This document shows positions 8,720-18,245 of a DNA stretch of 64,000 nucleotides, one piece after another. The first letter of the stretch is position 1. Each line of letters begins with the position of its first letter. The notes beneath the pieces are model-generated. The model was not told the DNA's origin, searched no databases, and saw nothing but the letters and a program-made list of their open reading frames with translations. The stretch is taken from positions 135,547 to 199,546 of the forward strand of contig CAWGRZ010000010.1 of assembly GCA_963825155.1 (NCBI GenBank), given 5' to 3'. A program made the translations under genes and the position numbers. This stretch comes from an uncultured Acidobacteriaceae bacterium (GTDB taxonomy: Bacteria > Acidobacteriota > Terriglobia > Terriglobales > Acidobacteriaceae).

Positions 8720-10678
8720 ATGGCCTCCTTTCGGTTTTGGGCGTTGTTATGCATGGCTGGTCTGGCTCTCCCTTCCGGCCTGCAGGCTGAGGTGAAACCT
8801 CAGCCGAACGTTGTGGTTATTACGATTGATACCCTGCGGGCTGACCACCTGGGCTGCTACGGCTACAAACTTATACGAACTCCGAACATCGACGCTCTCG
8901 CCGCTCAGAGTGTGCGCTTTGAACGAGCCTACACTCCCGTACCCGTGACCCTGCCCGCACATACGGCGATCTTCACCGGGACCTACCCTATGTTCAGCGG
9001 GATGCACGATTTCAGCGGCAACAAGCTCAATCCCAGCCAGCCCACGCTGGCGTCCATCCTGAAGCAGCATGGCTATGTGACTGGTGCGGTGATCGCCTCT
9101 GCTGTCTTGGACTCGCGCTTCGGATTGAACAAAGGATTCGATTTTTACTATGACCACTTCGACTTTAACCGGCTGCAGGAAGCGAATCTCGAGGAAATGG
9201 AGCGTCCGGGGAACGTCGTTGCCGATGTTGCGCTGGATTGGCTCGGCAAGCATTACAAAGAAAAGTTCTTTCTCTGGATGCATCTCTATGATCCGCACTA
9301 TCCATACAACCCGCCGGCGCCTTACAGCGCGGAATACAAGGATCGTCCCTACGACGGAGAGATCGCGTTCGCCGACTCGCAGGTCGGGCGTTTGATCGCT
9401 TTTCTGAAAGCTAAGGGGTTGTACGGCAGTACGCTGATTGTGCTCAGCGGCGACCATGGTGAAAGCCTCGGCGAACACGGCGAGAGGAATCACGGTTTCT
9501 TCATTTATAACGCGACGCTCCATGTTCCAGTGATCATTCATTTGCCGGGAACCGCATCGCCGAAGGCTGTGCCCGAACTGGTGAGCCTGGTCGATCTCAC
9601 GCCGACCGTACTCCAGTTCTTGAGAATGGACGTCCCTCCCCAGGTGCAAGGACAGAGCCTTCTGCCGCTCATGACGGCAAAGAGGGAGAAAGAAGAGGAC
9701 GCTCGCAGCCTTTATGCGGAGACTTTCCTTCCCCGCCTCCACTTTGACTGGAGCGAGTTGCGATCCGTTGAAACCGAAAAATATCATTTCATTCAGGCGC
9801 CCCGGTCCGAACTCTACGACCTGAGCAGTGATCCGGGCGAGACCCGGAATATCTATCCCGAAAGAAAAGCGGTTGCCGAGGAACTTCAGGCCCGCCTGAA
9901 CGCTCTGCTTCGCCAATACAGCGCTGACCAGGAGTTGGCCCAGAAGACCGGACTCGATCCGGCGCTCATGGAGCGGCTGAAGTCTTTGGGATACGCCGGC
10001 TTCTCCGGGGGGACGAACTCTTCCGCCACCAGCGCCTCACTGCCGGACCCGAAAGACCGCATCCAGACGTACGAAATGATCTCCGACGCGATGGCGGAGA
10101 GCCAGCACGGCGAATATGAGAGCTCTGTGGAGAAGCTCACCTCCGCGCTTAAGACTGATCCAGCATCGGTGCCGGTGCACTATCTGCTGGGGCTGAACTA
10201 TTACCGCCTGCGTGAGTTCGCGAAAGCAGCGGACGCATTCCAGCATGTTCTGCAACTCAGTCCTGATTACGAGTTGGCGCTTTTCAATTTAGGGTTGACG
10301 TATGCGCGCCTGGGCGATTTCGATCAGTCGATCCAAACTTTGAAGCATGCTCTCGACCTGGACGGCACTAATTTCTCCGCTGCTTACAACCTCGGCGCCG
10401 CCTATTTGAAGGAGCAGAAAATTCCGGAGGCCGCGGGCGCATTCCGTCAGTCGACTAACATTGATCCCGAATACGCTCCCGCCCATCGCGCCCTGGGAGA
10501 GATCCTGCTTTATCAGGGACAGATCGATGGCTCGATCGTCGAGTTGCGTCGTGCGGCGGAACTCGATTCCAGAGACCCGGGTACGCATGCTGCCCTGGCG
10601 AAAGCGCTCTCGGCCAAGGGCTTGAACGCTGAGGCTGACGAAGAGATGCGCAAAGCGCAGACATCGCGCCCTCAATAG
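8720..10678 (+). CDS. sulfatase-like AP-superfamily domain + TPR repeats (paralog B)
   Basis: Same architecture as paralog A: ITIDTLRADH, GDHGESLGEH, and T77-L-P-A-H at 8948-8962. C-terminal TPRs. Confidence 0.9.
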   Translation: MASFRFWALLCMAGLALPSGLQAEVKPQPNVVVITIDTLRADHLGCYGYKLIRTPNIDALAAQSVRFERAYTPVPVTLPAHTAIFTGTYPMFSGMHDFSGNKLNPSQPTLASILKQHGYVTGAVIASAVLDSRFGLNKGFDFYYDHFDFNRLQEANLEEMERPGNVVADVALDWLGKHYKEKFFLWMHLYDPHYPYNPPAPYSAEYKDRPYDGEIAFADSQVGRLIAFLKAKGLYGSTLIVLSGDHGESLGEHGERNHGFFIYNATLHVPVIIHLPGTASPKAVPELVSLVDLTPTVLQFLRMDVPPQVQGQSLLPLMTAKREKEEDARSLYAETFLPRLHFDWSELRSVETEKYHFIQAPRSELYDLSSDPGETRNIYPERKAVAEELQARLNALLRQYSADQELAQKTGLDPALMERLKSLGYAGFSGGTNSSATSASLPDPKDRIQTYEMISDAMAESQHGEYESSVEKLTSALKTDPASVPVHYLLGLNYYRLREFAKAADAFQHVLQLSPDYELALFNLGLTYARLGDFDQSIQTLKHALDLDGTNFSAAYNLGAAYLKEQKIPEAAGAFRQSTNIDPEYAPAHRALGEILLYQGQIDGSIVELRRAAELDSRDPGTHAALAKALSAKGLNAEADEEMRKAQTSRPQ

Positions 10679-10712
10679 ATCAGAAACAGAAAATGCGGAT
10701 GGACCCGGACTG

Positions 10713-12857
10713 ATGATCGGAACTGAATCGCGAAATGGCGCCAGGTGGCAGTGCGTCCGGCTGTTCTTTGTTGTTCTGGCGTTCGCCCAGGTACTGGCTG
10801 CGGCCACAGCGAGCGCGCATAAGCCTGCTCCCGACGTCATCTTGATTACTATTGACACGGTCCGCGCCGATCATCTCGCATGCTATGGCGCAAAAAACAT
10901 TCAGACTCCAACGCTCGATTCTCTGGGCCGCGATGGCGTCATTTTCGAACGCGCAATCTCGCAGGTTCCGCTGACCTGGCCCTCGCACACGGCCATTCTC
11001 ACTGGTTTGTATCCCTTCCAGAACGGGGTGCAGGATTTCACCGGGCCGCCGCTCGATGCGCGTTTCCGCTCGGTGGCTCAGGCGTTTCAGCACCACGGCT
11101 ATGCCACCGGCGCCGTCGTCAGCGCTTTCGTGTTGGACCGAAGTTGGGGGTTGGCCCGCGGTTTCGATTTCTACGACGACGCGTTCTCTGCTGAAGAATT
11201 TCTCAACCGTGATTTGGGTCTCGTCGACCGCCGCGCCGACGAAAGCGTGGATCACGCGCTCTCTTGGCTGAAGAAAAATCAGCGTCGGCCGTTCTTCTTC
11301 TGGCTTCATCTTTATGATCCCCACAGCCCCTACGATCCGCCTGAGCCCTACCGGAGCGAGTATCAAGGGCATCTTTACGACGGAGAGATTGCCTACGCCG
11401 ATCACGAATTGGGGCGCGTGATTGCATGGCTAAAGCAAAGCCACCTTTATGATCGCAGCCTGATCGTATTTGTCAGTGATCATGGCGAGTCGCTGGGAGA
11501 ACACGGCGAGCACGAGCATGGCTTCTTTGTCTACAATGCCACGGTTCACGTGCCGCTGATTGTGAAACCGCCCGCCGGGAGCGGTTTTCGGAGTGCACGG
11601 ATTTCGCGGCCGGTGGAGACGACGGCTATTGCTCCGACTCTGATGAGAGTGGCCGGGATTCAGGATCCCGTGGAGCGGCAGTTTTCCTCGCGCGGACTGC
11701 TCGATACCGGTGCCCCCTCCCCCGGTGCTCCATCCCCCGGTGCCCCATCTGACGATGCAGCCTACAGTGAGACGTTCTATCCGTTCAGTTCATTTGGATG
11801 GAGTCCGCTGCACGCACTCGAAACCAGCCGCTATCACTACATCGACGCCCCCCAGCCCGAACTCTACGATCTCGCCGCCGACCCGGAAGAAACGAACAAT
11901 CTGGCGGCGCAACAGACGGCGACCCTGGCGGTTCTCAAAGACAAGCTGCAAACTCTGCTGAAAAGTCGTCCCTACACCCCGGCAGCATCCAATAGCTCTG
12001 GGCTAAGCCAGGACGCGCTCGACAAGTTGCGCGCCCTCGGTTACGTGGCCTACCGTTCGCCGGTCTCGGCAGGCGCGCTGGCATCCGGGTTGCCCGATCC
12101 CAAGACCAAGCTGTGGGAATTCAACTCGATCCTCGACGCCGAAGACGCGCTGCGCGCGGGAGATATCCCGAAGGGCAGGTCTCTGCTGCTCCAGGTACAG
12201 GAGAAGGACCCTGGAATGTATGTCGTCCCTTTCGTGCTGGGCGAAGCCGCGCTGGGCCAGAAACAGTGGGAGGAAGCCGCCACCCAACTCCACAAGTGTC
12301 TCGATCTCAACCCCCACTTCGACCAGGCCATGCTGGGACTGGCGCGGGCGCTGATTTTTCTGGGAAAGACCGATGAGGCCACGCAGTGGGCCAAGCGCGC
12401 GATCCAGTATAACCCTGAGAATTACCGCGCCTGGTACCAACTGGGCTTCATCGATGAACGATCGGACAAGGAGCAGGCGGTGGCCGACTACGAAAAGGCG
12501 ATCTCCATTCAGGCCGCCTTCGCCCCTCTCCAGCGCGACCTCGGGCTGCTGCAGGTCGAACTCGGCGCCTATTCCGAGGCTGCCAAACATCTTTCCCGCG
12601 CCGTCGACCTGGGCCTTAAGGACGCGAATCTCTCCAATGCTCTTGGAATCTGCTACAGCCGCACCGACCGTCTGCGCGCGGCCGTCGCCAGTTACAAGCA
12701 GGCCATAGAACTCGATCCCGGCCTGGCCCAGGCGCATCTGAATCTTGGTTTTGCCTACGAGCGACTCAATGAGAAAGCTCTGGCCGCTGCCGAATACCAG
12801 CAAGCCTGCCAACTGAAGGCAGACCTGTGCGAGATCATCAAGAAGCACACACAATAG
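10713..12857 (+). CDS. sulfatase-like AP-superfamily domain + TPR repeats (paralog C), with a GAPSP x3 insertion
   Basis: ITIDTVRADH, SDHGESLGEH, T88-W-P-S-H at 10974-10988; a 15-bp tandem repeat at 11709-11750; C-terminal TPRs. Confidence 0.9.
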   Translation: MIGTESRNGARWQCVRLFFVVLAFAQVLAAATASAHKPAPDVILITIDTVRADHLACYGAKNIQTPTLDSLGRDGVIFERAISQVPLTWPSHTAILTGLYPFQNGVQDFTGPPLDARFRSVAQAFQHHGYATGAVVSAFVLDRSWGLARGFDFYDDAFSAEEFLNRDLGLVDRRADESVDHALSWLKKNQRRPFFFWLHLYDPHSPYDPPEPYRSEYQGHLYDGEIAYADHELGRVIAWLKQSHLYDRSLIVFVSDHGESLGEHGEHEHGFFVYNATVHVPLIVKPPAGSGFRSARISRPVETTAIAPTLMRVAGIQDPVERQFSSRGLLDTGAPSPGAPSPGAPSDDAAYSETFYPFSSFGWSPLHALETSRYHYIDAPQPELYDLAADPEETNNLAAQQTATLAVLKDKLQTLLKSRPYTPAASNSSGLSQDALDKLRALGYVAYRSPVSAGALASGLPDPKTKLWEFNSILDAEDALRAGDIPKGRSLLLQVQEKDPGMYVVPFVLGEAALGQKQWEEAATQLHKCLDLNPHFDQAMLGLARALIFLGKTDEATQWAKRAIQYNPENYRAWYQLGFIDERSDKEQAVADYEKAISIQAAFAPLQRDLGLLQVELGAYSEAAKHLSRAVDLGLKDANLSNALGICYSRTDRLRAAVASYKQAIELDPGLAQAHLNLGFAYERLNEKALAAAEYQQACQLKADLCEIIKKHTQ

Positions 12858-12877
12858 ATTGTCAGTTGGGAAGACTG

Positions 12878-13924
12878 TTAGTTCGGAACCGCTGCGGGTT
12901 TCGGGTTGGATTCCAATTTCTGCAGAACCTGCTTGGCCTGGGCGCTATAGGCACTATCGGGTAGCGTCGCCAGAAGGTCCCGAAGCTGCGAGGCTGCAGC
13001 CATCTTGCGGCCCTGTTGCAGCAGCAGATTTACCAGTTGCAGACGGTACTGCGCCTTGGTGGGATCCAGCTGAATAGCCCTGAGCAAAGCGATTTCCGCC
13101 TTAGGCAGATTCTTTAGCCGCAGGTTCAAGGAGCCCAGCAGGAACTGGCCGAAAGCCGAGTCCGGCTGCCGCCGCAGGCCTTCGTCGAGAAATTGCCGCG
13201 CATCCGGCATCTGGCCGGTCAGCATGCACACATTGCTCAGGTTGAAATAGGCGGCGGCATCGCTCTGATTGAGCTGCACCACTCTTTCGAATTCCTTGCG
13301 GGCATCGGGAAAATCAGATTTGCTGACGTAATCCGACCCCAGATTATTGTGGGCCAGGTAAAACTCCGGAGCGATTGCCACCGCCTTCTGATAATGCCGG
13401 ATCGCGTCCTCCCGTTTTCCTTCCGCATCCGCGCTCAGCCCTTTCTCGAACTCCTTGACCGCCCGCTTCGGGAAGCGGTCGGCATATTCACGCACGTCGA
13501 TCATGTCGGGATTGGAGCCCTTCGGATTCGGCGAAGCCGCCGCATCCGGCTTGTCCTTCTTCCTGGGCACGAGCGTGATCTCGACATAGACCGTCGGAGC
13601 CTGCTGGGCCGGATCGATGACGACCATCTGCCGCACCGGTTCATAGTGGTCGTCATTCACGACCACATAATACGGATTGGGCTCAAGACCATGGAATCCG
13701 AAGGTGCCAGAGGAATCAGCGTAGACGCTATCCATGGGCGCGCCCCGCACTTCGAGGGTCACCAGCACCGGCTCGGAAGGCGTATCCCCCCGCAGAACGC
13801 TGATGTGGCCGACTACATTGCCCAAGGTTTGCTGCGCTGAAACCGAAGGGGATAGCAACGACCAAATCGTGACGCAGATCAACACGGCAAGAACGGGCCT
13901 GCGCGAATGAGCCGAAATGCCCAA
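12878..13924 (-). CDS. CarboxypepD_reg-like domain + TPR repeat protein (secreted)
   Basis: Signal peptide. The N-terminal beta-sandwich-like segment (VLVTLEVRGAPMDSVYADSSGTFGFHGLEPNPYYVVV) is followed by TPR repeats. Confidence 0.8.
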   Translation of the reverse strand: MGISAHSRRPVLAVLICVTIWSLLSPSVSAQQTLGNVVGHISVLRGDTPSEPVLVTLEVRGAPMDSVYADSSGTFGFHGLEPNPYYVVVNDDHYEPVRQMVVIDPAQQAPTVYVEITLVPRKKDKPDAAASPNPKGSNPDMIDVREYADRFPKRAVKEFEKGLSADAEGKREDAIRHYQKAVAIAPEFYLAHNNLGSDYVSKSDFPDARKEFERVVQLNQSDAAAYFNLSNVCMLTGQMPDARQFLDEGLRRQPDSAFGQFLLGSLNLRLKNLPKAEIALLRAIQLDPTKAQYRLQLVNLLLQQGRKMAAASQLRDLLATLPDSAYSAQAKQVLQKLESNPKPAAVPN

Positions 13925-13940
13925 CTGAAACCACCCTTAA

Positions 13941-13979
13941 GGAAAAATGGGCTTGTTCCGCTGCCGGAACAAGCCCATT
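13941..13979 (-). terminator. Rho-independent terminator of the TonB-dependent receptor gene
   Basis: Perfect 15-bp stem (13946-13960 / 13965-13979) with a 4-nt loop, followed on the minus strand by a U-run (plus-strand A-run 13943-13947). It starts 18 nt after the receptor stop codon. Confidence 0.8.
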
Positions 13980-13996
13980 CATATCGCGAGTTATCG

Positions 13997-16900
13997 CTAG
14001 AAGCTCAGCTTCAGGTCAAACTGCATTTGGCGCGGGTTGAGTGTTCCTGCTGCCTGACCAAAGTTTAAGAAGGTGGTGTGGTTGTTGGCGCCGCCGCCCG
14101 TGGTTGCCAGCACGAAGTTGGCGCGGTTAAACACGTTGAACGCCTGCCATTCGAACTTCAGATTGGCGCGCTCCGTGAGCTTGAAGTTCTTGCCCAGCGT
14201 CATATCGGCCGACCACTGGCCCGGTCCAAGAAACTGGTTGCGGCCCAAGTTGCCCGTGCAGCCGAGGCAGGGATTGGACAAGACCGGCAGCCCTGATTGC
14301 ACGGCCGCCGATCCGCATCCGCCGCCCGCTGCGTTGGAGAACGGTTTGCTGCCCGGGCACCAGCCGGTCGCCCACGTTGAGCGTGATTCGCCTCCGAACT
14401 GTGCGATGCTGCTGTTGGGACGGTCATTCTTCCCGCCGTCCAGGTTGAAGTCGCCCCCGATGTTTGTGCAGTTCGCTGCGGCGACGTCGGCCGCAGTACA
14501 GGGATCACTTAGATCCGAGACGCCGGTAACGGGATTGGTTATTTCGACAAGGTTGGCAGTCTTTGAGGTATACGGCGACCAGTGCGCCCCCGTCTGCATA
14601 GCCCAGATGCCGCTGTACTTCCAGCCCCCTAGAACCGCCCCTGCAAAGCCATGCAGGTTCTTTCCGGGAAGTTCATAGACGTAATTAAGGGTGAACCGGT
14701 GACGGACGTCGAAAACCGAGTTGCCGCGATCTAACCCTGGCAACGCCTGGTCTGTAGAGTAGCCGTCACCACCCGAAGCGCCGCTGGCGGTAGTCGCGCC
14801 GCTGTGCCAGGTAGAACCTTCGTCAATCGAATGACTGTAGGTGTAGTTGGCATTAAACAGCAGGCCGTGGCCCATCTGTCTCTTAAGTTGGACCTGCAGT
14901 CCGTTATAGGCAGAATTGACCGCATTCTGCCAGTTGCGCAGAATTCCGTAGTTGCTGTTGGGCCGTCCGGAAGGATTGATCGCTGTCTCCAGGCTGCACA
15001 GGTTTCTGCCCAGATTGTCGGTCACGCAAGCGCCCTCCGGCAACCCTCCACCCGCCTGCCGGTTAATATCCTGGGCGCGGAACAGCTTGTGGGAGATGGT
15101 GCCCACGTAATCCACTTCCAGCACCGTCTTGGGAGCAATCTCGCGCTGGATGCTGAGGAAGTCGTTGTAGACATAGGGATCACGAATACCTTGCGGCAAC
15201 ACAATGCCGGTCAGGTAAGCCGTATCCGGGTTGAACGGGGCCCAGCCTGTCAGGTTACCAGTGGCCTGTGCTCCATTCCCCATATTCGGGTTCGAGCCCG
15301 GACCAAGATAGGTTGGGGCAGTCGTGGGATCGGGCGAGCAACTCGACGATGTGCAAGTCGTAGGCCCGTAGATCAAGGTCTCGCTTCCACCGTTCAGGGG
15401 ACCCGTCGCCAGGTTGAATGAATAATAGGGCGGGTTCCAACGCGAGTTGGAGAGCGGGTTGTAGAGTGTGCTCTCATAGGACACACCAAAACCGCCGCGC
15501 AATGAGGTCTTGCCATCTCCGAACACATCCCAGGCAAAGCCCACGCGGGGACCGAAGTCGTTGTGGTCGCCCGCGCCCAGGCTCTTCGCCGCCGAGAAGC
15601 CGCCTGGTCCGCAGGCCCCGGCCAGGATCGCCGTGTTCGGGTTTCCGTTCAAGGTTGGCGTGGTCGGATTGCACGAGGAAAGGTAATTCCCCGATGAATC
15701 CGTCGCCGTGCTGAACGGAGCGTTTGCGTTCGCGATCTGATTGGCGATCCCGGAACCCTGCCCGAGAATGAACGTTGTGGCCAGGTTGTTCAGCTCGTTG
15801 TGACGGGTGAAGATGTCGTAGCGAAGTCCCAGGTTCAGGGTCAGGCGCCTGGAAGCCTTCCAGTCGTCCTGGAAATAGGTGCCGAATTCCACATTGCGCC
15901 AGTGCCGAACATTGCTGGCGAGGTGCGCCGTGGTGCCGTCAAAACCGGGATCGATGCCCGCAATCTGTTCCGCCGGAGCGTCCGCAGCAAAGTAACCCAG
16001 ATCGAACATCTCGAAGGAAGGCCGGGCGACGTTGAACTCGCTGTTTTCGATGTTGCGCTTGATGTCTACGCCAATCTTGATACTGTGCTTCCCGTGGCTG
16101 ATGGAGACCATGTCGCCGTAACTGTAGTCATGCTCCTTGAAGAACTGGGGATACCCGGCATAAGAACCAAAACCGGCGGTGCCGTCGTCAAAGTAAGCTT
16201 GGGGTACACCGGGATACTTGGTGATAATGCCGGTGTTGTTCTGGGTGTAGCCTAACTTAAACTCATTTACCACCGTAGCCGAGAAGGTCCTGACGTAGTT
16301 GAACTGTCCGTTAGGAAAGAAACTCCGGCTGGGGTTGAAGAATCCGCGGGCACAATCGGCAATGCACGGACCGTAGGTATCAGTCGACTTAAACCAGTTG
16401 AACTGCAGGAAGGTGCGGTTGTTGGAGTTCCAGTTGTAATCCAGGCGTCCGGAAGCTTCGTTGCCGTTGAACAGATTGCCCAGCGTCTCGGTTTGGGTGC
16501 CGAAAACCGCTACGCTACTGTTCTGGATCGGCATCAGTTCTCCAGGCCCGGGGTTGTTGATGTCGCTGGTACGGAGCCCAACCGTTCCCGTAGAGGGTGC
16601 CCCGGGAGTGTTGCCGCAGGTTTGATTACCGTTTGGACCCCACTGTGCAGTGTTCATCGAGTTAATTTCTGCTTGTGTGATGCCCAGGATGGGGAGCAAC
16701 CGGCTTGCTATATTCAGATTGGTTGGGTCGTTCAGATCGCAGAAACGGTACGCCAAGTTATAACCCGCGGCGGTAGTCGCAAAGTATGAACCGACGGTCG
16801 CCACAGGACTTCCCGCCACTGACGGCTTGAAGTTCTGGTAGAGGAGCGCGGCCACGGAATTCGGCTGTCCGGCAATGACGGCCTGCTGCCATTCCGGCGA

Positions 16901-17851
16901 TTCCACAAGGATATTCTGGGGCGTTCCGGCAGACTTAAAACGGTCGCCCTGATAGGACGCGAAGAAGAACAGTTTGTCCTTAATGATGGGGCCGCCGAAC
17001 GTCCCACCGAACTGATTGAAGCGTACCGGCAACCTCGGGACCTTAGGAGTCTGTTGATTCAGGAAGTAGTAGTTGGCGTCAAACTTGTCGTTGCGCACAT
17101 ACTCCCAGAGGCTGCCGTGGTAAGCGTTGGTGCCGCCCTTGGTGACCAGGTTATTGATGCTGCCGGCGCTGTTGCCGTACTGAGCCGACATGTTCAATTG
17201 CAACTGCTGGAACTCTGCAACTGTGTCTTCAATGGGAACGTTGTTGACGCCGCCGCTCAATCCCTTGTTGGCCACGCCGTTGATCAGGAAGCCGTTGAAG
17301 TCTTCGCGCAAGCCGTTGACCACCGTGCCGTGGCCATTCTCGAAGTCCACGCCCATCACGTTCACGGCGCCGGGCGCCAGTTGCATCAGATCGTAAACGT
17401 TGCGGCCGTTCAGCGGCAGGTTCTCGATTTGGGTCGAGGTCACCGTCGTAGCCAGTTTGGCCTCTTCCGTGTTCACCTGCGAGGCTTCGCCGGTGACTTC
17501 GATCACTTCACGCGTCTGCCCGAGGGTCATCTTCACGTCTATCTTGGCAATGGTGCCCGCCTCCAGAGACACGCCAACATTGTTGAAGGTCTTAAATCCC
17601 TGTGCCTCCACCGAGATCTTGTAGGTGCCCACCGGAAGTTCCCGGGCGTTGTACTGACCGGTCTGGTTCGTCGTCGTGGTGACCGATAAATTGGTTGACT
17701 GATTGGTAATCGTCACCTTCGCATTGGGAACCGCGGCCCCAGAAGGGTCAGTCACGGTACCTGTGAATTGACCATTTTGAATCTGCGCCATCGAACTCAG
17801 GGCAAATAGCAGAACGCAGAGAGAAATCAGGCAGAACCGCAGTTTCGTCAT
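13997..17851 (-). CDS. TonB-dependent receptor with N-terminal CarboxypepD_reg domain
   Basis: Signal peptide MTKLRFCLISLCVLLFALSSMAQ, CarboxypepD_reg segment, plug motif (ENLPLNGRNVYDLMQLAPG) and a huge barrel ending ...FDLKLSF. The Met at 17851 is preferred over the ORF-track start at 17932. Confidence 0.9.
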   Translation of the reverse strand: MTKLRFCLISLCVLLFALSSMAQIQNGQFTGTVTDPSGAAVPNAKVTITNQSTNLSVTTTTNQTGQYNARELPVGTYKISVEAQGFKTFNNVGVSLEAGTIAKIDVKMTLGQTREVIEVTGEASQVNTEEAKLATTVTSTQIENLPLNGRNVYDLMQLAPGAVNVMGVDFENGHGTVVNGLREDFNGFLINGVANKGLSGGVNNVPIEDTVAEFQQLQLNMSAQYGNSAGSINNLVTKGGTNAYHGSLWEYVRNDKFDANYYFLNQQTPKVPRLPVRFNQFGGTFGGPIIKDKLFFFASYQGDRFKSAGTPQNILVESPEWQQAVIAGQPNSVAALLYQNFKPSVAGSPVATVGSYFATTAAGYNLAYRFCDLNDPTNLNIASRLLPILGITQAEINSMNTAQWGPNGNQTCGNTPGAPSTGTVGLRTSDINNPGPGELMPIQNSSVAVFGTQTETLGNLFNGNEASGRLDYNWNSNNRTFLQFNWFKSTDTYGPCIADCARGFFNPSRSFFPNGQFNYVRTFSATVVNEFKLGYTQNNTGIITKYPGVPQAYFDDGTAGFGSYAGYPQFFKEHDYSYGDMVSISHGKHSIKIGVDIKRNIENSEFNVARPSFEMFDLGYFAADAPAEQIAGIDPGFDGTTAHLASNVRHWRNVEFGTYFQDDWKASRRLTLNLGLRYDIFTRHNELNNLATTFILGQGSGIANQIANANAPFSTATDSSGNYLSSCNPTTPTLNGNPNTAILAGACGPGGFSAAKSLGAGDHNDFGPRVGFAWDVFGDGKTSLRGGFGVSYESTLYNPLSNSRWNPPYYSFNLATGPLNGGSETLIYGPTTCTSSSCSPDPTTAPTYLGPGSNPNMGNGAQATGNLTGWAPFNPDTAYLTGIVLPQGIRDPYVYNDFLSIQREIAPKTVLEVDYVGTISHKLFRAQDINRQAGGGLPEGACVTDNLGRNLCSLETAINPSGRPNSNYGILRNWQNAVNSAYNGLQVQLKRQMGHGLLFNANYTYSHSIDEGSTWHSGATTASGASGGDGYSTDQALPGLDRGNSVFDVRHRFTLNYVYELPGKNLHGFAGAVLGGWKYSGIWAMQTGAHWSPYTSKTANLVEITNPVTGVSDLSDPCTAADVAAANCTNIGGDFNLDGGKNDRPNSSIAQFGGESRSTWATGWCPGSKPFSNAAGGGCGSAAVQSGLPVLSNPCLGCTGNLGRNQFLGPGQWSADMTLGKNFKLTERANLKFEWQAFNVFNRANFVLATTGGGANNHTTFLNFGQAAGTLNPRQMQFDLKLSF

Positions 17852-17954
17852 TGGCTCCCTCGCAACGTGTAAGTGGTGGTATCCAAAGCCCCAATCACAG
17901 ACGAGACCCCGGCAGCACAGCCTGCACCTCACACTCGTCTGTTAAACGAGCGGC

Positions 17955-17984
17955 ATTGTGCGCCTGCTTTAGGACGACTGTCAA
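17955..17984 (-). promoter_or_regulatory. candidate promoter TTGACA-N18-CACAAT for the TonB-dependent receptor
   Basis: On the minus strand, TTGACA is at 17984-17979 and CACAAT at 17960-17955, inside the comparatively AT-rich 394-bp gap upstream of the receptor. Confidence 0.3.
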
Positions 17985-18245
17985 GAAATGTTTAATGCTT
18001 TCAGACTATTTAACACGGGCGGCAACTTTCCGCGTTCCCAACTACGGGATTCCCAACAAGCAAGATGGTAGACAGGGTTCAGGCAGGGGCGCAACACTTC
18101 GTCTCCACAGGTGAATATTTATCCGTAAATTCAACAACTTATGAGACCAACCCGGGTCATGCCGAGAGCTTAACAGCATGGGATTACAGTGTTTTGTTTG
18201 GTGGGCAGGCGCCCAAGATTTCGATTGTAAATAGCGGAACTTTGC

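Noticed and set aside
8747-9916. 389-aa ORF antisense to paralog B. Similar long antisense ORFs occur at 3104-4060, 5760-6758, 7491-8378, 10680-11405, 12003-12854, 44178-44798, 46353-47120 and 60477-61103.
   Set aside because: These are typical shadow ORFs of GC-rich DNA. Their products are Arg/Gly/Pro-rich and low-complexity, with no motifs, and each is fully contained within a well-supported gene on the other strand.
17852-17932. N-terminal extensions offered by the ORF track: TonB-dependent receptor from 17932, LptFG from 59260, glgB from 62710, mazG from 42120, the response regulator from 52566 and the B12-binding domain from 2578.
   Set aside because: The extensions are Cys/Arg-rich or otherwise non-protein-like. 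Internal Met codons give canonical N-termini (signal peptide or conserved family start).
17852-18245. A cobalamin or other known riboswitch upstream of the TonB-dependent receptor.
   Set aside because: I could find no B12-box-like core or other recognisable riboswitch consensus on the coding (minus) strand. Only a generic hairpin is present.
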